This document shows, piece after piece, positions 38,123 through 51,363 of a DNA stretch of 64,000 nucleotides (position 1 is the first letter of the stretch; every line of letters begins with the position of its first letter). The notes below the pieces were generated by a model, which saw only the letters and a list, made by a program, of their open reading frames with translations, was not told the origin of the DNA and ran no database searches. Source of the DNA: Lytechinus pictus (lineage: Eukaryota); assembly GCF_037042905.1 (NCBI RefSeq), contig NC_087252.1:3102001-3166000 (forward strand). Reading direction: 5' to 3'. A program made the position numbers and the translations under genes.

Positions 38123-39091
38123 CTAGTACACGGTAAAAAATGAATTGATAGAGAGGGGAACATAGTATAGAGACCAGCAAAATGCTGACCCGTTTTCATA
38201 TTGATTGAGTAAAATCGTTGATGTCAAATTATATTTCTGATTATTATCTTGAGAAAATCACAAAATATTTTGGAATTTGACTCGTTCAGGAACTCATTGC
38301 AAAGTTGTATACTGATGGGCACATAGTAGACAATATTGATTTAAATCTCTCTTACCCAATCCCTTCCCCCAATTATTAGGTGAAAGCATACGTGAGATAG
38401 ACACCTTTCAAATTCTTAAGTATTTTGCTATTTTTCCCAAGATAATAATCAGCAATATTGACGGTTTCATGACATTTGCTCCAGCGACGATACTGATGGA
38501 AAATTTGCAGGTAAAGCCAAATATAAAACCTAACATTCAAAACTAAATAAACCTTATCATTATGTTTGCATTATTCTCAACCAAAAACTGTATTAGAATC
38601 CGTTTTCTCTATCCCTATTAAGACCGGAACAATTATCGCGTCACCCTCTGAACAGTACCAATTGTATTTTACACATATTCACAAATTATAGTGTCTCGTA
38701 AATGTCTGCTTGCAAAAATAATTTGAGCATTACTCTTTCATTTGTCACATGGATTTTAATTTTTGAACATATCATGATTGGATTAAAAAACAGATAAACA
38801 AAACAAAATAAATTGAAAGAAGGAATTTAGGAAACAAAAGAATACACTTTGCAATTCAAATTTAACTTCTTGATAATAGTATCCGCAAGAGGAACAGAAA
38901 AACTAACTTTCAGCGATAGCTCTTATCTTGGATCAATTTCGTTGTGTCATTCATTTGTATGCATTATGTTTAGTAACATTGTAATTGAGACAATATATTG
39001 AACAACAATGATATTTAGCGATAATGGTACGTACAACCCCCTTTGATCCAGATTATTACTTCTGTGTCCACCCATATATCTTCTAGGAACT

Positions 39092-39122
39092 CAATGGCGG
39101 ATCCAGGGGGGCGCCGGCGCCG

Positions 39123-39157
<35 letters not shown>

Positions 39158-39505
39158 GCCGCTTAAAAAAATAAAAATAAAGGAAAGAAAAGGCGCCGCT
39201 TAAAAAAATATACACTGATATAACATTAGCAACAGTAAAGGAAAGACTATCCCCCAGCAAAGCACAATCATATCATCCTCCTTATCTTTTCTTTTAACTA
39301 CCCTTTTCCCAACAACTTCGCCAGTTAAAAAAAAATCAGCAGTGCGCTGCCTGCATATAACTGGCGCCAATCAAGAATAATCAGCGCCATTTGGTTATAA
39401 ATCGGCGCCAGTCAAGAACATCGGCACTTTCAGAGTCTTAACCGGCGCCGATCAAGGATAATCAGCGCCACCTAAATCTAAATCGGCGCCGGACAAGAAT
39501 AATCA
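39092..39505. mobile_element. Left end of a MITE-like repeat (CAATGGCGGATCCAGG...) with ggcgcc subrepeats
   Basis: Terminal motif, poly-A tract and ~21-bp repeats at 39360-39500. No matching right TIR found. Confidence 0.5.
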
Positions 39506-39507
39506 CA

Positions 39508-39870
39508 TCACATGTGGGCAACAGATAGCGGGTGATCAGTCTTTCCCTTTGAGAAGGCCAAATGTCTTTCTTTGACAGACTTAATCTGCTCAGTCGATTG
39601 ATGAAACACAATGAAATTTAACTCCGAGTCGTCAGGATTATCTGCCCGGTGAGCATACGCTTCGCTGACGAGAACCGTCACATTATGACCATGTCTCACG
39701 AGGTATTTTCCAATCGTCTTCCCGACGAAATATTGCGATCCTTCGCCAAGGCTTGTGGTGATTAGGACGTTGCCCGCCAGCAGGCTTGGAGGCAGGGTAA
39801 GAAGCACCACACAAAAACATATTAATGGGACTGCATTCGATCTTCGCAGAAGAAAAGATTGATTCGCCAT
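39508..39870 (-). pseudogene. UDP-glucuronosyltransferase (UGT) N-terminal fragment / orphan first exon
   Basis: MANQSF...signal peptide...AGNVLITTSLGEGSQYFVGKTIGKYLVRHGHNVTVLV is the typical animal UGT N-terminus (GSH...L..RGHxVT.L). No downstream UGT exons recognised in the window. Confidence 0.8.
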
Positions 39871-42800
39871 TGTCTCGCTTTCTCCTTGAGCGGACGGTCT
39901 CCGTGCTCGAGATGGATGTCTCAAACATCAAATAAGGAGTGTAATCATAATATTTGTATCAGCCAACACAGTGCCACCATGGAGACTCTGATAAAAACCG
40001 TGCATAATTATTATAAATCTCATTGAAGTCCGTTGCTTGAAAGCGGATAATGCTTTCCTTCCGTTCGCTCGAGCCCTTGGTAAAAAATAAATATGAACCT
40101 TATACCGCGATTACCGTATATAGCTACGAGATGAGACGAAGCCAATCCTCGTTCTCCCACTGACCAAGTTTGTACTAACCAGCAGTCGTGTTGTCATTGA
40201 AATGATGTGAATTGTCCCTCAATTTTGGAAGGAAGGTCAGTGCTTTATAATAAGTAAGTAGGCCGTTGAAGTGATCAGTTCAGCTTAGTCTGCCTGAACA
40301 GACCCTTATTGGTATTTTTAGCGGTGTTCGCAATTTCAGATCATGGCACACATATGGTAGTCGTGTACTGTACATTTCAAAATTTTAAGTTTGACATATT
40401 TGGTTCGTACTTGGAACTTGCGTATTTCTGTTTGTATGCATCCACATTGGAAAATGACTGTAATTTCAAATTATTTTGACAATTTTAGGTTTGTGCTTGT
40501 CATTGTCCGAACCCATGATCCCGTCTCGCTCGTTTTTCTTTCTCAAACTATAAAGAATAAAAAATATAAATTAAACAGATGCAGCTATTTTGTCGTCTTA
40601 CACGAAATTGACAGTTAATTAATTGACGCACGCTGGAGATTGCCTATACCAGAGAATATATTTATATAGAAAAGGTAAAAGGAGCATTTAAAAGGAGTTC
40701 ACTCGTCTGTGAGAATTTTTAAAACGATGTTTAATTTATATTTTCAAACAGTTCCTATGTTTTTAAGAATTTCATTTAAATGTTAGTCAAATTTCCTCGA
40801 ACGGCCGGGTAAATATAAGCCTTAGTAAATATAAGTATTAATGTAAATCTATATTAAGTTCCTAGTTTCCTTTTGTTCTGACGGCTTTGATCATGGAACA
40901 TCAAAAGCGTCAGAACATGTGTGGTTTATTGCTTGTTCCAGAGCCAAAAGATCATTTTAAAGAGCTAAGATTTGTGTCTATATTCATGTAATGAACTCAT
41001 CACAGCCGTTTCTTCCAGCGTACACTCTTTTTCACCGAGTGGGGGCGTTATAAATCCAAATAGAGCTCTCAGATTGAGTACATGTACTATTTCTGGTTGA
41101 ATACTCTTGCAAATAGAGGGAGAGTAAATGCAAATTAATAGGCCTAAATATGCGTATGATTGGTTTCGATTCCTGGAAATTCTTATATTCCCAATTGTTT
41201 AAAGCATCAACTGAATTAATCGGAATACAGATACATGCTTTTAAAGCGACAACATTCTAACGGGAATAATTTGCATTTCCGAATAGCATTTTTTTATATT
41301 CAGTTCCATGACATACGGGTACTATTGATGGTTGGGATGTATCATGTGCTGGTTAAATCCTGAAACACTTTGTCGATGATACTCACTTCCTAAATTCCTC
41401 CAGAGAGATTCACTTCAACAATGTAAAAAATGGGAACAAGCAGACTACACCATTGATAAAATGAGACACTAAAAACTATTTACCAAAGGTGGCGCTATGA
41501 TATTTTGATGAGGGTGGGGGTGCAAAATTGAGGTGATGTTATTTCTACAAAATAGAATGATATGGTTATTATATATTAACATGGCCCAGATCGATCTCTC
41601 ATTCTTTTTTATAAACTAATCGTTTTACCGTTATCCCTCTGTGTTTGCTAATTAAAAAATCATGTGCTCCGCCCCGTGTAGCGCTGCCACCGATGGCCTC
41701 TTAAAAATAACAGCAATCATCTGTTTTGGAAACATATCCGCCACAAAAATAAATATAAATTTATACTAAACATTAAGAAGATGTATTTCCCGAATTTGTG
41801 AATCTTTTTCTGGCAAACCAGCACAAAACCAACAATAATTCTACAAAAATAAATTTACTCTTCTTCCAGTTTTGAAAATATATCCTAAGCTTTGCAGCTA
41901 CTTTGAAATATTGAGCCCCATCATTTAAAAAAAGGGAAGTCCCTCGTTTATTTTCCAGCTTTAAGATAAATCTGAAAAGGTCTCTTTTCTGTAAATCCTT
42001 TTCCTTGTTATAGTCTTATCTGTGTATTATGTAGATGGTGTTTTAATAAACTGAAAATATACCTTTATTTATTATTTTCTTATTTCACTGAGACCCATGT
42101 AGCAGAATACGCATGAGTTTTGTTCACTTTATCAGAGGTTCCTTTAAATTCTTTCCCGGATTTCACTAGTGTATATTCAGACTTGTAACACTAAAAGTGT
42201 CATCGGTCGTTAGTAAGTTTGACAACCCTTAAAGTTTACATGGAAAACAAAACACACGCACATACCCATACAACATACTTGCGAAAACACACCTACGCAC
42301 ACACAGCGTCGCATGCCATTATAGCCTCCCACGCCCTTGCACACACACTCACACCCACTCCCACGACCCTTGCACACCCACACACATCCTTACAGACAAA
42401 TCTCTCTCTCTATCTCCCTTTGTCTTTTATCTCATTATTCAATTTTTCTAGTCAGTTTTAATATGCGTTGACATAGTTGGTGCATGTGCAAGCGATTGTG
42501 CTGAGCTACAGGCGGGAAATTTAATGTACATAATAATAATTTACTATTCCAATATTAATTCTTATAATCTGGTCGCACAAGCATCGGCAAATTTTATTGT
42601 TTAAAATTAACAAACATAAATATTGCATCGATAATTATGCCGAAGAAACAGTTAACTTTAAATCGTGTTAAAAAAATAGTTTCACCTGAATACTTAAACA
42701 TATGCACAAATCTTAATTACTCGGCATATGCCTATCGTGACATTATGTGGAGACGCCGTTTCCATTGGTTATGTAGTTTATCATCATGTGCTTGTAAAGC

Positions 42801-43281
42801 TGTTTATTTATTCATTCATGTATTTGTTCGTATGTACCATTAATAGAACTGCGTCAATCAAAATATAGTACAAATACCATAATACATTATATATTTGTAC
42901 GTCATAAAATTAGTACTCTTGGTACAAACCTGTAAAAAAATGTTTATTGGTACTTTGAACAATTGCAGCAGTCTATATACTCTGCATTAAAAAAAAAATC
43001 AATGCGATCAGTTTGAAATCTGCTTGAGCCTAAATTACGGCGCCCAGTAAAGATATCACTTTTTTGAAATGTTAAAGAGTTTCCCTTTCCCCTAACTACC
43101 TTTAAAAAAATTAGGAAACATTTGAATTGGGTTTAATTACCATTTTAAAGATCCCAACACAATCAACTCGATGAGATCTGTTGAATATTTGGATCAAACT
43201 GATTAGATCAACCTAGCACATTTTTGGCTTTATCATTATTCTATTTTGTTTCCCTTTGTTTGGAAGTGATGATGAAATGGG

Positions 43282-43420
43282 ATTAATTCCTTGAATGCAC
43301 TGAGCACTGAGAGGCAGCTCGAGCTAAAGCAGGGCTAATAATGATAAACAATGCGCCTCGCAATATATTATTTTTAGATAGATGGCGCTATAAAAATGCC
43401 TATTATTAGTAGTATTATTA
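43282..43420 (+). mobile_element. 5'-truncated SINE tail specific to copy B
   Basis: Ends gcgctataaaaatgcc(tat)n, flanked by atggg on both sides. Absent at ~26846 in copy A. Confidence 0.65.
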
Positions 43421-43702
43421 CCATGGGGTTGTCCGGTAACCAGGGATGAAATTACATCCATATTTGAAAACAAACTCATAGTTAAAAGCCATCTGCATTG
43501 CTCATCATACCGATTTTCCTAGAATTCCCATCTTTTAGCAATGATTTATTTTGTAAATAATCTATGAGGCGCGTCTCCATCATCAGATCCTACAAAGCAT
43601 TTCATGGGTCCAATTGTGTGGGGACATCATGTACAATAGCGAACCTATTATGCTTGTGCATGGGCCCATATATTTCTCTTTCATACTTGATGCTGGATAC
43701 GA

Positions 43703-46517
43703 TAGTCAAGTGGAACCCCAACAGAACCGTCAAGTCGGGTATGACTGCAACTTTTTGCTGGAAATTGTAGTATAGGGTGTCTACTCCAATATTCCGACGG
43801 GTGCCACCTGGGCACACTTGGGCATTTTGTTTTGATTGACGTCATAGGCCACGCCCACTTATCACATACCTTTAAAAGGGCCTAACCACTGACAAATCAT
43901 TAGGAAATAGAGTCAATACGAAATTTGCAAAAGGTCAAATGACTTGCACAATATGATCCGTCCGTCATGAGCGCCCGTCGGACTAATGCGATAAAAGTTC
44001 GGACAGCACAAATTTGACCGAACTCGTGATGGTTATTTACTTCGGATCATCGCAGTTCCAGTTTCCAACAATCCCAATTCCTAGACTCATAGCAGTTCTC
44101 TTGATTGCTTAACCAAAATAAATAATCTCTGTGAAGTTACATGTTTCAAAGTGAAAACACACAGTTTACTTCTGGTTGGTTAGTCTACTAACTATTGCTC
44201 TCCTATAGACCTCCCAGACGTGCCGGCGTATATTACATAACACCCCAGGCATGCAGTCGAGTGAAAGATCTTACATCCCTTCTCCGTTCTGAGATTAGCC
44301 TTGATTTCCCTATGATTTGTCAATGAAAGTTCGCTGTAAATATGATTTTCATATATTACGGAATTAACATGTCATGTTTGGTATCAAATTAAAGCTAATA
44401 AAAACTGAAATGCAAATTTGAGGATACCTACGCATCTAAATCACAAATAAGTCAGTTAACATTCATTTAAGGTCATAAAAGGTCAAATTGCCCTACAAAT
44501 GTAAGTAAGACATATAATGCGGAACAGACCGTGCTTTAAATACAAGCAAGTTATATGCATTTTTTTGCAAAGGTTAAGTTTGAGAGTGTGCATATTAAGA
44601 TGCCAGAGCTGTGTTACTTTGTTTCACACTTGCAGTATGAACTATGAAATATATGATTCGACGGCCGACCAGCAACTGCATTAATCCTTAAAAGTTATAG
44701 AACAGGGTGACGCTGACTTGTATCGACAAGGAAGTTCTTTTAATTCCTTGGTAACAACCACTGTGTCATGAACAAGTAAGGGTAGGCCCAGTGACCTGTT
44801 CCATGTACTATCAGCTATCTTCTGAAGATGTAATGACAGTAGAAGCATATACATTTTTTTCTCCGACGACACTGACATTTCTGTTCTACCAGTTATCTCA
44901 TTTTTGGTTTATAGGTCTTTTGAATGCTGATGGAAAAGTAATTGACATTAAAGGTATTGCATTGAAGTTTGTAGAAAAAAGCTAGCTTTGCACAGACAAT
45001 TCCCTATCAGGTTGTGATACCACATTGTGTCAATTCGGCAAGTTTTCCACTCTAAACTTGCTGTTCGAATAAGATCTTAATCTATAGAGTCCGATGCAGA
45101 AGAAGTGGACTTGATCAATTAAATGTGTAATACTCATACTTTTCATCTTAACTAATATAACAAATTACGGTCTTTCTAAAATTACTTAGCACTACTTCAC
45201 ATTATTTAGCAAGAAGACATATGCTTCAAAGGTCATGAGCCTACCCCCAACTGACAAGTCAGCAAAAGAGCATGATTATCAATGGTGCTCTTCCTCAGGA
45301 GCTTTATCTGGAGAGTAATTGATCCAAATGACTCCCCTGCAACTTGCCTCCCATGTATGGATGGGAAGTATAGGTTGGGAGGGCTCTCCTGTACTCCCAA
45401 GGAATTATCAGAACTTGCTCCATGTGGATTTAAATCGGGATCATGTACCATGCTCTAGGCTAAGCATTTGCCACTTATCATGTATCGAATGTAAAAAGTA
45501 TAATTCTAAATACAAGGAAAACTGAACATGCAGTTGAGACTTCAGAGGAGGAAATCAGTCTGGAAGATGAATGAGAGAACAAAATGTAGTGAAGTTAGGA
45601 TTATGTAAAATGTCAAATTTTTCTAATTGGATACTTTTCTAAGAATGTGAATTGTGTTGTAGAAGTTATTTTTTTAGGTGTATTGGCTTATGTGAAAAGT
45701 GGGCGTGGTTCGTGACGTCAGAAAATGAAAATTGCCACAGGGTGAGGAGGTAGAACCCGTTACATCCTTAATATACACACCCTCAACCAAACATGAGATA
45801 TTCCACATTATGTGTTGCATTAATTACATTTGTTGCACAGTTTGACCTTTTCTAACCTTAAAATGACCTTTAATTGCCCTGGAAAAAAGTTTTAAATGCC
45901 TATAGTAATACATATATGTGGATTTTATTTTGATTTTGATTTGATTCGATATCAAACATGATAAGTTTATTCCGCTAAATATTTAAGAGGAATGTAAGAA
46001 AGCTGGTGTGGTTTATGACGTCACAAAAAATTACTCTAGATGCCAAAGTACCACCGGTCAGATTCTCAATATGCACACCCTCAGCTTAACCTTGGCCAAT
46101 AAATTCATATAATATCCAACTTGTTTGTGTTTAAAACTTGATATGTTCCACATCATATGTATTACTTACATTTGAAAGGAAGTTTGAGCTTTCATGAACT
46201 TAAATGACCTTTAACTGGCCTATGCGTGATTTAAATGTCCATTTATCCAAAAATTTACTTTAGATTTTCTGTTAGCTTTAATTTGATACCAAACATGACA
46301 TGTTTATTCCTTAAAATTTGAAATTCATATTTAAGAGGTATGTGTAAAAGTGGGCGTGGCCTATGACGTCAATAAAAAAGAAATGCCCAAGGGTGCCAAG
46401 GTGGCACCCATCGGACTCTTGAATTAGACATCCCCATACTACAACTTCTAGCAAAGAAATCGCAGTCATACCCAATTTGACGGTCATGCAATAATTTTGA
46501 TCATATCTACCCGACTA
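43703..46517. mobile_element. Non-autonomous TAG...CTA DNA transposon (Academ-like), flanks cga/tga
   Basis: cga|TAGTC...GACTA|tga, with long imperfect TIRs (tgacgtcataggccacgcccactt and its complement at ~46348). Absent from the paralog at 27124-27132. Confidence 0.85.
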
Positions 46518-47413
46518 TGATCACTATAGTGGGAAATGTATTATCCCTCAAACACAAAAATAAACTGAATGAAATAAACAAACTATATATAACTAACGTA
46601 AAAATAAAACAGACCACTGTCAGACTATCTTTTCTCGGGATCCTTTATTTATTTTGCAATGATTTGTGCATTCCTGACATATATTGGGGAACCTTTTGAG
46701 TGACTTTGGGTAAGGAGTGGAAAAAGATTTAACACATCAAATGAAACATTTATACAAACTTCAAAACCTTGAAGGCTATGGAGAGTTTTTGGTTTTGTTT
46801 TTGTTTTTTAATCATTGATACTTTCAAGCTTTATCTATTTCTAGAAAGTGAAACATGTCACCCCTTCAAGAGGAGATGTAAAGAGGTCAACCAAGCACTT
46901 CCTTTAAGTGAAGTGTATATGTTTAAGGCGATAATCGTCACAATGGAACATTTTCTGTAAGCTAACATGTCATATTTTGCTTCAGGGAAAGGAATCCCTG
47001 AAACTTAATGTTCATCTCAAAGTTCAAGTATGACTTCCACCCCCCCCATTTTTCGGGGAAGGGGGGGGGGGTATTCATGGTATTGGAATGCATGTTAAGT
47101 AACATTCATTTTCTCACTTAATTGTGTGCTATGCACTCTGATATAACCTGAGAACACTCAGATTCATTACCTCAAATCAAGTTTGTGAACTTTTTGTGAA
47201 GTATTTATTGGAGTGAGTGTGCCGTATTTTCTTGGAAATGAGAAACAAAATTGTGCATGTAAATATAAACTGAAATTATTGACCCACTAAATAAAAAAAA
47301 TAACAACAACAACAGACACAAAAACAGAATAAAATTAGCACTTCATACGGAGAAATACGATTGATTACATTTTGTTTGCATAAGACTGCATTATAATTGT
47401 TCATCATTACACA

Positions 47414-47712
47414 CACTGTTAAAAAACCCTGATTTTACACAAAAAACTAGATTTTGCGGAAAGCAGTAACACAATCATTCTGTAAATTCATAAAACGTTT
47501 TTTGTTTGTTTCAATTTACCAGAACACGTCTGTTTAAAAAGGGGGAAATGGTGTTTTATTTAAGGAAATTAGTAAGGTTCCATACACCAAATACCAATTT
47601 CCTGTAATTTTACATGATATAATGTAAGATTACGCAATCTGGTAAGATTACAGGAGTTCTCGAGACTGCTGCAGGAACCTCTTTTATTTTAAGGATACAT
47701 TTTCTAACAGTG
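47414..47712. mobile_element. CACTA/EnSpm-like MITE specific to copy B
   Basis: ca|CACTGTTA...TAACAGTG|ca. Absent at ~35327. Confidence 0.75.
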
Positions 47713-48467
47713 CATAATATTAGCTGCGTACTAATGCTCTTATCTGTAGAGTGGTATCAGTTTTGTTAATATGTGTGAGTCTTACAATTATACTGATGCC
47801 TAAGTGTGAAATTGATATACGTTGATGTATTACAATAAATGTATGTGCATTGATCGTGGATTCGACTAGCCCTACATTATATACATACATCACAATATCA
47901 TTGCCACGCCTGGCCCGTTCACCGATGAGAGTTTGTTACATCTGGTACAGATTAGTAGATTAATCTTTCTTTCATAGGAAATATATTAAATCATGCATTT
48001 CTTTTCCGAAGTATCTCAAAACTATTCCACGCTTAAATTGTAAGTTGTCCCTCGAATGCAGTGTAAAGTCTTGGACTATGCAATAATTCATATACATCAT
48101 TAAACGCATTTACTATTTTTTATAGCTTTTTATTCATTTTTTCACTCATCTAGAGAGAGTTTTAGGAAGACAAATGGCTCTCATGACCAGGAGTCAATCT
48201 TGATATCTAAAAAAAAAATGAAAATATATAATATTTATTTTGTCAAGTCAAAGTTGATTATGTAATAAAATCTTGATTACAAAATATATTGCCAAGTTAT
48301 GTTTAATTTGTCTTACGTCATCAGACATATTTTAATGTCTTTTAATGTATGTTCCCTAATAATACTATTTCACTTTTTTTGTGATATGGTCACAGCTTCT
48401 CTAAAAGACATTTCTATAAAATTATGGTAACTATTACAAATACCCTGACCAATCATATGGAAGTAAA

Positions 48468-48806
48468 TCATAAATATGTGGTGATCACCGAATCAGGACT
48501 TTCCAACGCAATTCCTTGCTGGGGAAATGTAGGACCTGAACAGGATATGTATCCCCCGTCACAGGAATCCAACTTTTTTTGAAGTATGGCATCTGAAATT
48601 GAACCCCCTTTCAGCGATGAAGCCCATGCTGATTGGGTCGGATGTAAAGAAGAAGGGTAACCAGGTGGACTGGGTTGATGATTGGGTGGAACACCTGTGT
48701 GAGCTATTGCCTTCATTTCCATGTATTCGTGGGAATCCTGGATGGTTTGCTTAGGAACCACATCACTTCGGGAAACAACGGGATCTCCACCAACACCAGG
48801 TTTGGA
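48468..48806 (-). CDS. IgSF receptor copy B, last exon (cytoplasmic; YMEM motif, C-terminal TTYL)
   Basis: Acceptor ttcctaactgtag, phase 0: SKPGVGGDPVV...DSHEYMEMK...SPDSVITTYL*. Conserved with 36512-36853. Confidence 0.8.
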   Translation of the reverse strand, partial: SKPGVGGDPVVSRSDVVPKQTIQDSHEYMEMKAIAHTGVPPNHQPSPPGYPSSLHPTQSAWASSLKGGSISDAILQKKLDSCDGGYISCSGPTFPQQGIALESPDSVITTYL

Positions 48807-49292
48807 CTACAGTTAGGAAATATGTATGAGATATGAAAATTTACTGATTAACACCTTTAAGAGTTGACCTGGAATTCAAATATAACACAACTAATATGCT
48901 CTTACCAATAATTAAGAAACAATCGAGTTGTTCGCGTGGCTAGAGATAATCTAATGGGCCTCTTATCTCCAATAAGTTTTGATTTACATCAATTTAATCG
49001 TTGTAGATGCACAATGTATAAAATAATGTCATGAAGTGATACGATACTAATATATCTATTTAAAATGTATAATCCGTTACATGTATATTAAAAATGGCAT
49101 AGAAAATTGAGCATGATGATGATCACCATATGTATATATATTTTCATTATAAATGTTGGTTTTTCTCGTCAACAATATCACACGAAATAGTATTCTGGAA
49201 CGGGATCTATTGAAATATATATTTAGTTTTACTTAAAAATTCGGTTTTAAAAAATTGAAAAAGATTGGATTGTTATTGCCACTTATACTTAC

Positions 49293-49384
49293 CATGGTGG
49301 AATTCACATAAAGAGGCTCGTGGTTCGAGTCTTTGTGGTGCATTGCGGTCACTGACACTCCATCTGCCATGTCTGCGTCCCCTG
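49293..49384 (-). CDS. IgSF receptor copy B, cytoplasmic exon (YVN motif)
   Basis: Acceptor ttttgtag(cag), donor ATG|GTAAGT, phase 1-0: AGDADMADGVSVTAMHHKDSNHEPLYVNSTM. Confidence 0.8.
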
Positions 49385-50147
49385 CTACAAAAGCAAATTT
49401 GAAAATGAAAGAAATTTAGGGAGATTTCATATAAAAAACGGATATTGTATTGTCTGTTTTGATTACGTGTACATGTATTGTCTGCGAAGAAATGGGTAAT
49501 CAACACGGGAAAATAATTGGAAAGAGAGGCACTTTTAATATTCTGACATTATGGTTAGATATCGAACACTATAGCGAATCGCTATTAATTATTACTATAA
49601 TTATTTTATTTTGGCAATGAAGGGTGTACTAAATTGGTGCAATTAAACATAAAACATAATGAATAGAGAATGGATTGAGCACCCACTGGACTGCCTGGGT
49701 CAAATAAAGTTAACTGATGTATCAACGAATAGTGAACTAATAAATCTAGATAACGGATACGCTGAGAATCACCAAAAGATCGCCAACAAAGAAAAAAAAT
49801 TAACATTGACAGTTAAAAAAGGGAATCGTTTCATTGGGAGCATGCAATGGCAAATTACTAATTGCTAATTTCAAAGTCATCTGGCGCATATTCTACAAAT
49901 AAAACCAGTTTTATTCCCTTCTAATCTCTCATAGTAAATTGCGTTAAAAGTGCACATGCTGTGCATGTTGAGCTTATCATGCTTATTAACGTTGAATATG
50001 AGTCCAAACTGGCTCAGGTTTGGTTGAATTTGCCAAAAATTCAAATGACATTTGTTGTAAATACATTAATAGAACAGTTGCGATGAATTATATAAATATC
50101 TTGGTTATGGTTATAGCTATAATTATAATAGCCTTGTAATCACCATG

Positions 50148-50332
50148 TACTCTAAAAACACTGAGTAGAATTTTACCCAATATTTGGTATTTAGGGAACA
50201 TGCATGTTTGCTGAGTATGTTTTTTTACCCCACATTTGGCTATTTCAACGCAACATTGCGTAAAATCTTTTTACTCAACCAACATGCATGTTCCCATTTT
50301 ACCCAGTATTGGGTACACCTTTTTTAAGAGTG
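50148..50332. mobile_element. Short palindromic CACTA-like MITE
   Basis: (t)ACTCTAAAAA...TTTTTAAGAGTG with an internal inverted gggaacatgcatgtt/aacatgcatgttccc pair. Confidence 0.5.
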
Positions 50333-50479
50333 TGTTCATATACAATTCACATAGACATATTTTCATAGATATCAGATTTAATTATTCTGTGTCATTGATA
50401 ATCAAACAACTTTAACGAATTTTATGTTATATTGATATTTTTTTTTATTAAGTTATATATTGAACAGAAACAAAATCAC

Positions 50480-50599
50480 CTCTATCTGTGTTATGTTGTA
50501 AGCACTTGTACGAAACTGTTACTGCAACTAGGCCCAGAAACATTGCACCTAATGACCCTCCCAAGATGTATATAACTATATGAAGCAGAGCACAGTTGT
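50480..50599 (-). CDS. IgSF receptor copy B, transmembrane exon
   Basis: Acceptor cttgattctag, donor AG|GTGATT, phase 1-1: DNCALLHIVIYILGGSLGAMFLGLVAVTVSYKCLQHNTDR. Too short for the ORF track. Confidence 0.85.
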
Positions 50600-50694
50600 C
50601 TAGAATCAAGATATAAAATTATATGTTATTTCTTCTGACAATTATGAATATTCTCCAAATTGCAAGCGAGCCAAGCCAAACATATATGTATAGT

Positions 50695-50990
50695 GGAGCG
50701 TCGTGGCCCAGTGGATTAGTCTCCGGACTTTGAAACAGAGGGTCGTGGGTTCAAATCCCAGCTATGGCCTAATTTCCTTCAGCAAGGAATTCATCCACAG
50801 TGTGCTGCACTCGACCCAGGTGAGGTAAATGGGTACCGGCAGGAAGTAATTCCTCAAAAAGCTGTGTGCACCGAGAAGGTAGCCTAGCTTAGCCGGGTAA
50901 TAATAGCAGGGCCCGCTGGGAGAACAGTTTTCGGAACTGAAGTGGCCACCCTTGGTAAATATACCTTTATTATTATTATTATTATTATTA
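50695..50990 (+). mobile_element. tRNA-derived SINE, full length
   Basis: GGAGCGTCGTGGCCCAGTGG (A box), GGTTCAAATCC (B box), (TTA)n tail. Confidence 0.85.
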
Positions 50991-51002
50991 CATATGTCTT
51001 AC

Positions 51003-51101
51003 CATTTCACCTCTTTGAATGGTGATATAGTTCAAACGATGTGACAATACGACCAGAATAGTTAGTGTCAATGTTAATGTTAACTGTATAGGATATTAGC
51101 A
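51003..51101 (-). other. Candidate stalk exon of the IgSF gene with an in-frame TGA
   Basis: Acceptor tttgaatttcag, donor G|GTAAGA, 99 nt, phase 1-1: VLISYTVNINIDTNYSGRIVTSFELYHHSKR*N. Confidence 0.45.
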
Positions 51102-51321
51102 CTGAAATTCAAATTAACAAAACAGATTACTCTTAAGACACATTGCTTATTTGCTTATTACATGTAGGTAGCATTTACGGGAGCATTAATAATAATAATA
51201 ATAATAATAATAGCCAATTTTTATAAAGCGCTTTTCCCAGAGTGGCTCAAAGCGCGTTACAGCATATTATTACCCCGGGCATTCATGTAAATTAAAATCT
51301 ATGAGCCATTCATTAAAGAAT

Positions 51322-51363
<42 letters not shown>

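Larger units (their letters stand above)
21143..39085. repeat. Segmental duplication, copy A (paralog of 42268-58550)
   Basis: Colinear blocks: 21143-21686/42268-42843, 26400-27883/42844-47290, 35175-37950/47290-49920, 37960-39085/57400-58550. Confidence 0.95.

Noticed and set aside
39092..42270. UGT exon captured inside a Pack-type transposon
   Set aside because: No right TIR or TSD matching the 39092 terminus could be found.
51003..51015. Functional link between the in-frame TGA and the nearby UCA tRNA-like copy
   Set aside because: Proximity is irrelevant for a trans-acting tRNA, and the nearby copy has an 8-nt loop; most likely coincidence.
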